DNA from: Mycobacteriales bacterium
GTDB taxonomy: Bacteria; Actinomycetota; Actinomycetes; JAFAQI01
Reading direction: 5' to 3'
DNA: 64,000 nt
Assembly: GCA_036268405.1 (NCBI GenBank)
Contig: DATAUF010000072.1
Span: 508-64,507, forward strand
Both the position numbers and the translations under genes were made by a program. The notes beneath the pieces are model-generated. The model saw only the letters and a program-made list of their open reading frames with translations, was not told the origin of the DNA and did not search any database. This document shows, in pieces, positions 37,836 through 47,841 of the stretch (positions within the stretch are counted from its first letter, which is position 1; each line of letters opens with the position of its first letter).

Positions 37836-38306
37836 CTAGTCGTCGCCTTCGTCGGACGCCCCGTCGCCGAAACCTGGGCCCCCGAAGCCCGGATCCACGA
37901 CATCGGGTTCGAGACCGAGGTAGTTCGAGATCACATGAACGACGATGTCGTGGACCAGATCCTCGAGGTCGTCGGCATCGCGCGCTCTCAGCTCGATCGG
38001 CTTGCGGTAGAGCACGATGTGCGCCTTCTGCCGGCCGTGCGCGGGGACGATCTGTGCGAGGAGCACGCCGCCGGACTCGATCGCACCCTCCGAGGCGAGC
38101 GGTTCGAGTGCGACGTCCATCGGGGGCACCAGATCGACCGCGAACTCGACATCGGCGAGCTGTTGTCGCCAGCGGTGCTCGACGTGCTCGACGGCCTCGC
38201 TGGCGATCCGGTCGAACCGATCGCCGGGGGACGCCGCGAGCGGCACGGTCCGCGGCGCGAGCGCACCGCGCGGGCCCCGGCCCCGGCGGTCACGCCGCAC
38301 CGACAC
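37836..38306 (-). CDS. zincin-like 'metallopeptidase family' protein (Rv3259-like)
   Basis: RFDR...VEH...W, IVLYRKPIE and the C-terminal LVHDIVVHVISNYLGLEPDVVDP match my memory of the Rv3259 family. Acidic tail. Confidence 0.6.
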   Translation of the reverse strand: MSVRRDRRGRGPRGALAPRTVPLAASPGDRFDRIASEAVEHVEHRWRQQLADVEFAVDLVPPMDVALEPLASEGAIESGGVLLAQIVPAHGRQKAHIVLYRKPIELRARDADDLEDLVHDIVVHVISNYLGLEPDVVDPGFGGPGFGDGASDEGDD

Positions 38307-38416
38307 CGCGATCCCGTCTCACCTGCGAAGAGTACGGCCGGATCGGCCGTCGAGCGGCCAGAAAGCCACCCCCGCGACACGGCCCTTGGTGGTAGCCCAG
38401 CGGTTGCCCGGACGGG

Positions 38417-38431
38417 TACGGTCGCGGCGTG
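38417..38431 (+). promoter_or_regulatory. candidate -10 box (TACGGT) 6 nt upstream of the GTG start; possible leaderless transcript
   Basis: TANNNT at 38417-38422, GTG at 38429, no SD. Confidence 0.3.
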
Positions 38432-38788
38432 AGCCCTCTGCGTCGCTGCTCGCGGACCGCTTGCGGCCGCCCCGCGGTCGCGACGCTGACCTATGCCTAC
38501 TCCGACTCCACCGCGGTCGTCGGGCCGCTGGCGACGTACGCCGAACCGCACTCCTACGACCTCTGCGACGCCCATGCCGACCGGCTGACCGCGCCCCGGG
38601 GCTGGGAAGTCGTGCGCCTCGACGTCGACGCCGAGCTGGCGATGCCGGGCGAGGACGACCTTGCCGCGCTCGCTGAGGCCGTGCGCGAGGCGGCGCGGCC
38701 CGCGCCGGCGGTGTCGCCACCCGCGGTCCCTGAGGTGGCAGAGCACGGCCGGCGGGGGCATCTGCGGATCATTCCCCCGACCGCGTAG
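38429..38788 (+). CDS. DUF3499 domain protein (Rv3258c-like)
   Basis: RRCSRTACGRPAVATLTYAY...YDLCDAHADRLTAPRGWEVVRL. Confidence 0.75.
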   Translation: MSPLRRCSRTACGRPAVATLTYAYSDSTAVVGPLATYAEPHSYDLCDAHADRLTAPRGWEVVRLDVDAELAMPGEDDLAALAEAVREAARPAPAVSPPAVPEVAEHGRRGHLRIIPPTA

Positions 38789-38923
38789 CGGCGATTCGGC
38801 TTCACCGCCGGTGCAAAAGTCCGTTTTGTCCCGGTAACGCCCTTTCTTCAAGGTTTCCCGCGGGTTGGTCGATGCACCTCGGGTCCGTGATCGCTCCGGT
38901 GCCTACCTGGAGGGCTTCCCCTC

Positions 38924-39187
38924 ATGAAGACCGCTGACAACCTCTTGGCTGATCCCTGCGCCACCGACACCCGTGGCCCGGCCACCTCGCTGACCCGGCC
39001 CGGCGCTCGCGCCGGCCAGACCTGCGCCTCCTGTGGCAGTGAGCGGGTCACCTCCCTGGCGATGACTCTCACGGATGGCACACCGGTGAGCTTCCGCTCC
39101 TGCCACGACTGTGAGCATCGGGTGTGGGCCGACTCGGTCGGCAACCTGGAGTTCGCTGACGTGCTGCTTCGCACCAAGAAGCGATAG
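38924..39187 (+). CDS. small zinc-ribbon-like hypothetical protein (87 aa)
   Basis: CASCGS ... CHDCEH cysteine pairs. SD GGAGGG upstream of the ATG. Confidence 0.5.
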   Translation: MKTADNLLADPCATDTRGPATSLTRPGARAGQTCASCGSERVTSLAMTLTDGTPVSFRSCHDCEHRVWADSVGNLEFADVLLRTKKR

Positions 39188-39209
39188 CACCACGCGAACC
39201 AACGACGGC

Positions 39210-39224
39210 TAGCGTCGAGCCGTG
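39210..39224 (+). promoter_or_regulatory. candidate -10 box (TAGCGT) 6 nt upstream of the GTG start of pmm; possible leaderless transcript
   Basis: TANNNT at 39210-39215, GTG at 39222, no SD. Confidence 0.3.
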
Positions 39225-40598
39225 GGTAGCGACCGACTCGACGCCATCGTCAAGGCCTATGACATTCGGGGTCTGGTCCCCGACCAGCTCGACGAGCCGA
39301 CGGCGCGCAGCATCGGCGCGGCGTTCGTGCGGTTTCTCGGAGCCGACCGGATCGTGACCGCGCACGACATGCGGGACTCCTCGCCTGGTCTGGCCGCGGC
39401 ATTCGCCGAGGGGGCGACCGCACAGGGCGCCGACGTCATCGAGGCCGGCATGGGTTCCACGGACCTGTTGTACTTCGCCGCGGGCAGCCTCGACGTTCCC
39501 GGGGCGATGTTCACGGCAAGCCACAATCCCGCTCGCTACAACGGCATCAAGCTGTGCCGGGCTGGTGCCGCGCCAGTGGGACAGGACAGCGGCCTCGCCG
39601 AGATTCGCGATCTGGCTGCGGCCGGTGTGCCGGAAGGCGACCGTCCGCGCGGATCGGTCACCCGCCACGACTTCCTCGGCGACTACGCGGCGTACCTCCT
39701 CGACATGGTTCCCGACGTCCGCGACATCCGGCCGCTGAAGGTCGTCGTCGATGCCGGCAACGGCATGGGAGGCCTGACGGTGCCGACCGTCTTCGAGTCA
39801 TTGCCTGTCGAGCTGACTGCGCTGTACTTCGAACTCGACGGCAGCTTCCCCAACCATGAGGCGAACCCAATCGATCCCGCCAACCTGCGGGACCTTCAGG
39901 AGGCGGTCCGTGCCGGCGGCGCCGACGTCGGCCTCGCCTTCGACGGTGACGCGGACCGCTGCTTCGTGGTGGACGAACGTGGCGAGATCGTCTCGCCGTC
40001 GGTGCTCACCGCGCTGATTGCCGAGCGAGAGCTGGCGAAGCATCCCGGTGCCACGGTGATCCACAACCTGATCACCTCCCATGCGGTGCCGGAGATCGTG
40101 CGCGAGCGCGGCGGTGTGCCGGTGCGTACCCGGGTCGGTCATTCCTTCATCAAGGCGACGATGGCCGAAACCGGCGCAGTGTTCGGTGGCGAGCACTCCG
40201 GCCACTTCTACTTCCGCGACTTCTGGCGTGCCGACTCGGGAATGCTTGCCGCGCTGCACGCTCTCGCTGCGCTCGGGCACTACGAAGGAAAAGGTCACGA
40301 GGACGCGACGCTGTCGCGGCTGCTGGCGTCCTATGACCGGTACGCAGGCTCCGGCGAGGTCAACAGCGAAGTCGCCGACTCCACCGCGTCACTTGCCGCG
40401 ATCCGCGCCGCCTACTCATCGCGCCCGGGCGTGACGATCGACGAGCTCGACGGGCTCACGGTCGACCTCGGTGACGGTGCGTGGTTCAACGTGCGCGCTT
40501 CGAACACTGAGCCGCTCCTCCGGCTCAACGTCGAGGCGAATGACGACGCAGCGATGAGCAAGCTGCGCGACGAGGTCCTCGCGGTCATCCGCGGCTAG
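39222..40598 (+). CDS. pmm: phosphomannomutase/phosphoglucomutase
   Basis: Phosphoserine loop TASHNPARYNG and metal loop FDGDADR. Same position as pmmA (Rv3257c). Confidence 0.9.
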   Translation: MGSDRLDAIVKAYDIRGLVPDQLDEPTARSIGAAFVRFLGADRIVTAHDMRDSSPGLAAAFAEGATAQGADVIEAGMGSTDLLYFAAGSLDVPGAMFTASHNPARYNGIKLCRAGAAPVGQDSGLAEIRDLAAAGVPEGDRPRGSVTRHDFLGDYAAYLLDMVPDVRDIRPLKVVVDAGNGMGGLTVPTVFESLPVELTALYFELDGSFPNHEANPIDPANLRDLQEAVRAGGADVGLAFDGDADRCFVVDERGEIVSPSVLTALIAERELAKHPGATVIHNLITSHAVPEIVRERGGVPVRTRVGHSFIKATMAETGAVFGGEHSGHFYFRDFWRADSGMLAALHALAALGHYEGKGHEDATLSRLLASYDRYAGSGEVNSEVADSTASLAAIRAAYSSRPGVTIDELDGLTVDLGDGAWFNVRASNTEPLLRLNVEANDDAAMSKLRDEVLAVIRG

Positions 40599-40644
40599 TC
40601 GACTCGCGGTCATCCGCGGCTAGTCGACTCAGCGGTCATCCGCG
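40581..40644. repeat. perfect 25-bp tandem duplication (x2) of the pmm 3' end including its TAG stop, plus a 13-nt partial third copy
   Basis: GCGGTCATCCGCGGCTAGTCGACTC at 40581-40605 and again at 40606-40630. GCGGTCATCCGCG at 40632-40644. Confidence 0.9.
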
Positions 40645-40660
40645 CCTGACGGATGACCGT
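40632..40660 (+). promoter_or_regulatory. hairpin that sequesters the annotated ATG of the Trm112-like gene
   Basis: GGTCATCCG (40634-40642) pairs with CGGATGACC (40650-40658), giving a 7-nt loop. The stem is extendable by a C-G and a G-U pair. The ATG lies at 40653-40655, inside the right arm. Confidence 0.5.
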
Positions 40661-40847
40661 TACCCTCATCGACGTGAACCTTGACGCCGCACTTCTCGAG
40701 ATCCTGGCCTGCCCCAACTGCCGCGCCGACCTGCGCGTCGATGAGGCAGCGTCCGAGCTCGTCTGCAACGGGTGCGGTTATGCCTACCCCGTCCGGGACG
40801 ACATCCCGGTGCTGCTGATCGACGAGGCCCGCAAGCCCGACGCCTAG
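40653..40847 (+). CDS. Trm112 family protein
   Basis: [10 protein letters not shown]...[20 protein letters not shown]. Confidence 0.8.
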   Translation: MTVTLIDVNLDAALLEILACPNCRADLRVDEAASELVCNGCGYAYPVRDDIPVLLIDEARKPDA

Positions 40848-40870
40848 GCCTGTCGAGTGCGTACCCACCG

Positions 40871-42028
40871 ATGACTGCCGACCCACGCGACCGGCTCGAC
40901 GACGCCGCTGCCCTGGAGGCGTCCGATCCGTCGGACATGCTCCGCGCCGTCGCCACGTCTGCCGCGCAGATCCGGGCCTCCCTCGCAGCGGTGCAGGAAG
41001 CGCCGCTGACCGCGCTCGGCCTCGACGCACGGCCACGGGCCGTCGTCGTGGCAGGCATGGGCGGGTCCGGGATCTCCGGGGAGGTGCTCGCGACGCTCTG
41101 TGCGGCGGCCTGTCCGGTGCCCGTGGTGGTCCACCGTGGCTTCAGCTTGCCAGGCTGGGTCGGCGCCGCCGATCTCGTCATCGCGGTGTCGTGCTCCGGG
41201 ACGACTGCGGAGACGCTGAGCAGCGCCAACGAGGCAGCTCGGCGTGGCACCCGGCTGCTCGGCGTGGGTGCGGCCGACTCGCCGCTGGACGACCAGTGCC
41301 GATCCGCCCGCGGCGCGTACGTGCCGGTCACCATGCAGTTGGCACCGAGGTCGTCGATGTGGGCACTTGTCGTTCCGTTGCTCGTCGTCGCGGAGCGCGC
41401 GGGTCTGCTCGGTCTCGGGGCGTCGTTCGCCGACCTCGAAGCTGCAGCCAGCCGGTTGGAGTCCATCGCGTCAGCGTGCCGGCCGGACCTCGAGTTGTTC
41501 GTCAATCCCGGCAAGGCGCTTGCCGCTGAGCTGCTGGGAACCCTTCCGATGATCTGGGGAAGCGGGGAGGTCGGACCCGTCGCCGCTCTCCGGACCGCGT
41601 GCCAGCTCATGGAGAACGCGAAGGCACCGGCGCTTTGGGGTGCGCTGCCTGAGGCACACCACAACCAGTCCGTGGCCCTCGACGGGTCGCTGGCGGTACC
41701 AACGGGGTCCGCGACTGATGACGATGACTTCTTCCGGGACCGGGTAGAGGAGCAGGAGCCACTGCGGTTGCGGTTGGTTCTCGCCCGCGACGACCGCGGC
41801 GCTCCTGACGCCGCCGCACGGGCGGATGCGTCCGCGGAGGTGGCCCGCGCGCGCGGCGTAGCGGTCTCGGCGGTGACGGCAGAGGGAGACAGCGCGATCG
41901 AGCGGCTGGCGTCGCTCGTCGGCCTGCTCGACTTCGCGAGCGTCTATCTCGCACTCGCAAGTGACATCGACCCCACTCCCATCGGACCGATCGTCGATCT
42001 CAAGGCCCGCCTCGCCGCACGCGGCTAA
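40871..42028 (+). CDS. SIS-domain bifunctional phosphoglucose/phosphomannose isomerase-like protein (Rv3256c-like)
   Basis: SIS pattern [14 protein letters not shown]...[14 protein letters not shown] at 40871. Confidence 0.7.
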   Translation: MTADPRDRLDDAAALEASDPSDMLRAVATSAAQIRASLAAVQEAPLTALGLDARPRAVVVAGMGGSGISGEVLATLCAAACPVPVVVHRGFSLPGWVGAADLVIAVSCSGTTAETLSSANEAARRGTRLLGVGAADSPLDDQCRSARGAYVPVTMQLAPRSSMWALVVPLLVVAERAGLLGLGASFADLEAAASRLESIASACRPDLELFVNPGKALAAELLGTLPMIWGSGEVGPVAALRTACQLMENAKAPALWGALPEAHHNQSVALDGSLAVPTGSATDDDDFFRDRVEEQEPLRLRLVLARDDRGAPDAAARADASAEVARARGVAVSAVTAEGDSAIERLASLVGLLDFASVYLALASDIDPTPIGPIVDLKARLAARG

Positions 42029-42093
42029 CCTTTACTGCATCTCAGGTCCGCCCGCCCACCCGTTTCGAGCATCACCCGCCCCGAGGAGCACCG

Positions 42094-43524
<1,431 letters not shown>

Positions 43525-43809
43525 TCCACCCTGACGTCGGCCCGTGGCCGCCGTCGGCGTGATGATTTTCGTGCCGTGCGGATCAGAGCTCGCTGCACCC
43601 GGCGCCTGATGCGCTGGACCTCATTCGGGTTCAGCTCGGGTGACGCATAGACGACGATTCGCCACTCGTCGACCATGACCGTGGGATGACTTTGTGGTCG
43701 TTCGGCGCGCACATGGGCGATGGTCGACCGGGACGGTGACGCTTGCCGTGTCGCTGCTGGTGGCGTCCCATGATCTGTGGACCGGCTCGGGCGGTGCCAC
43801 GATGGTGGG

Positions 43810-44487
43810 ATGCGGGCGAAGGTGCTGGTGGTCGACGATGACCCCGCGTTGTCCGAGATGCTTGGCATCGTCCTGCGAAACGAGGGGTTCGAGCCCTCCT
43901 TCGTCGGCGACGGCGACGGGGCGCTGGCTGCCTTCCGGGCGACGAAACCCGACTTGGTCCTGCTCGACTTGATGCTTCCCGGGACCGACGGCGTGGACGT
44001 GTGCCGCGCGATCCGGGCCGAGAGCGGCACGCCGATCGTCATGCTGACCGCTCGCAGCGACACCGTCGAGGTTGTCATCGGGCTGGAGTCGGGCGCTGAC
44101 GACTACGTCGTCAAGCCGTTCAAGCCCAAGGAGCTCGTCGCGCGCATCAAGGCACGGCTGCGGCGAAACGAGGAGATCGCAGGCGAGGTCCTGCAGATCG
44201 GCGAGATCTCGATCGACGTCACCGGCCACGTGGTCAGTCGCGATGGGTCACCGATCGCTCTGACGCCACTGGAGTTCGACCTGCTCGTCGCGCTTGCCCG
44301 CAAGCCTCGGCATGTGTTCACACGTGACCAGCTCCTCGAGCAGGTGTGGGGATACCGCCACGTCGCAGACACCCGGTTGGTCAACGTCCACGTGCAGCGG
44401 TTGCGCGCCAAGGTCGAGCGCGACCCTGAGCACCCTGACGTGGTGGTGACGGTCCGGGGGGTGGGTTACAAGGCCGGAACGTCGTGA
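43810..44487 (+). CDS. mtrA: OmpR-family response regulator MtrA
   Basis: KVLVVDDD...DLVLLDLMLPG receiver domain plus a winged helix. Followed by mtrB and lpqB. Confidence 0.92.
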   Translation: MRAKVLVVDDDPALSEMLGIVLRNEGFEPSFVGDGDGALAAFRATKPDLVLLDLMLPGTDGVDVCRAIRAESGTPIVMLTARSDTVEVVIGLESGADDYVVKPFKPKELVARIKARLRRNEEIAGEVLQIGEISIDVTGHVVSRDGSPIALTPLEFDLLVALARKPRHVFTRDQLLEQVWGYRHVADTRLVNVHVQRLRAKVERDPEHPDVVVTVRGVGYKAGTS

Positions 44488-46103
44488 GGCCCGTCGGTGC
44501 GGTTCTCAGCTTCGGCGCTGCCGTTCGCCACCGCTGGCGCGCGTCGCTGCAGACCCGGGTCGTCGCAACGACGCTCGTCCTGTCCGCCACCGTCAGCGTC
44601 GGGATCGGCGCCACGATCCTCCATCAGGTTCGCAGCGGCTTGCTCGGGTCGGCCACGCGCTCGGCCCAGAGCCAGCTCAGCACCGGTGTGGAGCGCGCCC
44701 AGGACCAGTTCCTGGCCCTGCCCAGCGACAACGCGAATGCCCTCGAGCGCACCGCGTACGCCGTCGTCACGGAGCTCTCCGGCGATCTCGGCGACTACGA
44801 CGTCGTCATGCTGCCCTCGGGCCCGGGTCTGGCATCGTACGGACCCGAGAATGCCGTCCTCGCCATTCCACCCGTGTTGCACAGCGCGGTCGCGCGCGCG
44901 GACCGGGAGGCATGGACCTACACGAGGATCAGCAGCGGCGGCTCGCGACCCGCGGCGGCGCTTGCGATCGGCGCACCGGTGCGGGCCGGCGCCGTGAGCT
45001 ATTCGCTCTACTACCTGTTCCCGCTGACCCGCGAGGCAGAGACGATGCGCCTCGTCGAGCGCACGATGCTGTTCGCGGGTGCGGCGCTGGTGCTGCTGCT
45101 CGTCGGGATCGCGGCAGTTGTCACCCGCCAGGTGGTGCGGCCCGTCCGGCACGCGGCTGCTACCGCCGAACGGCTCGCCGCCGGTCGCCTCAAGGAGCGC
45201 ATGACGGTGCGCGGCGAGGACGACCTGGCGACACTCGCGGCGTCGTTCAACCGGATGGCCGACACCGTGCAAAAGCAGATCTCCCAGCTTCGCGAGATGT
45301 CGCGCTTGCAACGTCGCTTCGTCGCCGACGTCTCCCACGAGCTTCGGACGCCTATCACCACCATTCGCATGGCCGCCGACGTGCTGCACGACTCCAGCGC
45401 CGACCTGCCGCCGGAGCTCACCCGCTCTTCCGAGCTGTTGCAGGCGCAGCTCGACCGTTTCGAGTCGCTGCTTTCCGACCTGCTGGAGATCAGCCGGTAC
45501 GACGCCGGGGCCGCGTTGCTCGAGGCCGAGCCGATCGATGTCGTGCACCTGGTGAACCAGGTGATCCGTCTCGCGGCCCCGCTGTCCGACAACCGGCACG
45601 CCCCGATCGTTGCCGACCTGCCGACGGAGCCGGTCGTCGTGGACGTCGATGCGCGGCGTATCGACCGGGTCCTGCGCAACCTTGTGACCAACGCGCTGGA
45701 GCACGGCGAGGGTCATCCGGTCGAGGTCCGGCTTCGGGCAGGTGACGGAGGCGTTGCGATCAGCGTGCGCGACTGGGGGGTGGGATTGCGGCCCGGTGAC
45801 GCCGCACTGGTCTTCGGACGCTTCTGGCGGGCTGACCCGGCTCGCGGCCGGACGACGGGCGGAAGCGGGCTCGGGTTGTCGATCGCGCTAGAGGACGTCC
45901 GGCTCCACGGCGGCTGGTTGCAGGCGTGGGGGGAGCCGGGTCGCGGCTCGTTGTTCCGGATCACGCTGCCCTGGACCGTCGGGGGAACGGTCACCTCGTC
46001 ACCACTTCCCCTCGAACCGGAGGATGAGGCGACGGGCCCGGACACCGTTTCGGCTCAGAACCCACTTCCCGAGGCGGTCGCCGTTCGGCCGTTCGCGCCG
46101 TGA
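44484..46103 (+). CDS. mtrB: sensor histidine kinase MtrB
   Basis: Two TM segments, a HAMP region, H-box FVADVSHELRTP and G2 box GGSGLGLSIA. GTGA overlap with mtrA. Confidence 0.9.
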   Translation: MRPVGAVLSFGAAVRHRWRASLQTRVVATTLVLSATVSVGIGATILHQVRSGLLGSATRSAQSQLSTGVERAQDQFLALPSDNANALERTAYAVVTELSGDLGDYDVVMLPSGPGLASYGPENAVLAIPPVLHSAVARADREAWTYTRISSGGSRPAAALAIGAPVRAGAVSYSLYYLFPLTREAETMRLVERTMLFAGAALVLLLVGIAAVVTRQVVRPVRHAAATAERLAAGRLKERMTVRGEDDLATLAASFNRMADTVQKQISQLREMSRLQRRFVADVSHELRTPITTIRMAADVLHDSSADLPPELTRSSELLQAQLDRFESLLSDLLEISRYDAGAALLEAEPIDVVHLVNQVIRLAAPLSDNRHAPIVADLPTEPVVVDVDARRIDRVLRNLVTNALEHGEGHPVEVRLRAGDGGVAISVRDWGVGLRPGDAALVFGRFWRADPARGRTTGGSGLGLSIALEDVRLHGGWLQAWGEPGRGSLFRITLPWTVGGTVTSSPLPLEPEDEATGPDTVSAQNPLPEAVAVRPFAP

Positions 46104-47776
46104 GGTCCTGGCGCGGCGTTGCGTTTGCCGCGATCGTGATGCTCGCGACCGGCTGTGCCGGCGTACCCGACTCGGGTTCGCTCCATCTCGGCCGGCCGGT
46201 CCCTGCGGCGGGCGGCGGCCTGGCCGACGCGACGGTTCGGGAGGTTCCCGCCGGCCCTCTGGCGGACGCGAGCCGCGTCGATCTGGTGAGGGGCTTCCTG
46301 CGCGCGATGGTCGACAGCGACGACGGTTATGGCGTCGCGCGGTCGTATCTGGCGCCCGGCACGTCGTGGAACGCGAATGCCGCAATCACGGTCTACGCGG
46401 ATCCGGCTCGGGTCACCGTCAGCGGCTCGAACAGCGTCCTCATCCGAGCCACACGCGTCGGCAGGATCGTGCCACGCGGTACGTACGTGGTGGACGGCGG
46501 TTCGGTCAGCCGCCGGATGCGCCTGACCCGCGACGCCGGCGAATGGCGGATCTCGCGAATCTCGGCCGGCGTGCTGTTGTCCTCCGACGACGCGCAGCGA
46601 TTGCTGCAACCTGCCTCCGTCTTCTTCCTCACCCCCGATGGCACTCGCGTGGTCCCGGAACCGGTGCTCGAGCCACCGCAGGGGCCGGGCCTCGCGACAA
46701 CGTTGATGCGGGCACTGGTCAGCGGGCCCGGTCCGGTCATCGCCTCCGGCGTGCGCACCGCCATCCCGCACGGCACGTCGCTGCTCGGGAACGTGCCGAT
46801 CAGCGCCGATGGAGTTGCGGAGGTCGATCTGTCGGCAAGCGCGCGGCAGGTGACACCGGCCCAGATCACGCGACTGTCGGCACAGGTCGTGTGGACGCTG
46901 AGACAGCTCACCTCCATCACCGGGATTCGGCTGCTCGTGAACGGTGATCCGTTGACGGCTCCCGGACTGCCGGCGGTGCAACCGGCGAGGTCGTGGCCGC
47001 AGTTCGATCCGGCCGCTCCTCCGACAAGCACGGGCGCACTGCTGGTACGCGCGGGCAGCATCGTCGGCGTGGCTACCGACGTGCCGCGTGCCCTGCGTGT
47101 GACGGGCCTGTCCGCTCCGGTGAGGAGCGCTGACGGAAGCCTGGTCGCGGCGCTGCGCGGAGATCCCGCATCACGCGAGCTCGTGACGGGAACGCCTACC
47201 GGCGCGCTGGCGGTGCGATTGCGCGTCGCTCATCTGACGGCGCCGTCCTTCGGTCCCGAGGATCGGGTGATCGTCGCGTCCCCTGGGGCGGTCTACCTCG
47301 TCCCGGCCACCGGTACCCCGCAACGCATGAAGCTGCCCAGCTCGTTGGCGGGCGAGACGATCCGGGCGGTCGCCATGTCACGCGACGGCACCCGTGTCGC
47401 ATTGGCCGTCGGACGCGGTGCCGCTTCGCTTGTGGTCGCGACCCTGGCGGGGACAGATGGACACCCGGCGTTGAGTGGGGCACGGACCGTCCTGTCGTCG
47501 GCGGAGCAGGTTTCCGGAGTTGCCTGGACGGCCGCCGACCAGATGGTGACGACGGTGCGAGGTCACGATGGCCGTCGAGGTGTGGTCGAAGTCGGGGTCG
47601 ACGGCTACCAGGCGCTGCCGCTGTCAGAGCTTGGCCTGCCCGCCGACGTCGACGACGTGGCGGCATCGCCCGGACAGCTGCTCTTGGCCAGCGGTGCCGG
47701 CGGGACATGGCAGCTTGTCGGGCATCGCTGGGGACGGCTGTCGACCGGTGTCGAGCCGTCCTACGCCGGGGGATAG
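46100..47776 (+). CDS. lpqB: lipoprotein LpqB
   Basis: Lipobox LATGC after a signal peptide. Conserved position after mtrB. GTGA overlap. Confidence 0.88.
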   Translation: MRSWRGVAFAAIVMLATGCAGVPDSGSLHLGRPVPAAGGGLADATVREVPAGPLADASRVDLVRGFLRAMVDSDDGYGVARSYLAPGTSWNANAAITVYADPARVTVSGSNSVLIRATRVGRIVPRGTYVVDGGSVSRRMRLTRDAGEWRISRISAGVLLSSDDAQRLLQPASVFFLTPDGTRVVPEPVLEPPQGPGLATTLMRALVSGPGPVIASGVRTAIPHGTSLLGNVPISADGVAEVDLSASARQVTPAQITRLSAQVVWTLRQLTSITGIRLLVNGDPLTAPGLPAVQPARSWPQFDPAAPPTSTGALLVRAGSIVGVATDVPRALRVTGLSAPVRSADGSLVAALRGDPASRELVTGTPTGALAVRLRVAHLTAPSFGPEDRVIVASPGAVYLVPATGTPQRMKLPSSLAGETIRAVAMSRDGTRVALAVGRGAASLVVATLAGTDGHPALSGARTVLSSAEQVSGVAWTAADQMVTTVRGHDGRRGVVEVGVDGYQALPLSELGLPADVDDVAASPGQLLLASGAGGTWQLVGHRWGRLSTGVEPSYAGG

Positions 47777-47841
47777 CCGCCTGCGCCCACAGGTTGCGAC
47801 GCTCGATCAGGCGGAGCGTCCGGCCTGGGCATCCTTCACCG

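Noticed and set aside
42029-42093. Possible SAH riboswitch upstream of ahcY
   Set aside because: Only 65 nt are available. They contain an ordinary GAGGAG Shine-Dalgarno and no recognisable SAH-element pseudoknot segments. A cmsearch with the Rfam SAH riboswitch model would confirm absence.
43694-43972. 92-aa plus-strand ORF spanning the mtrA start
   Set aside because: It is out of frame with mtrA, is Cys/Trp/Ser-rich, and has no RBS. It looks spurious.
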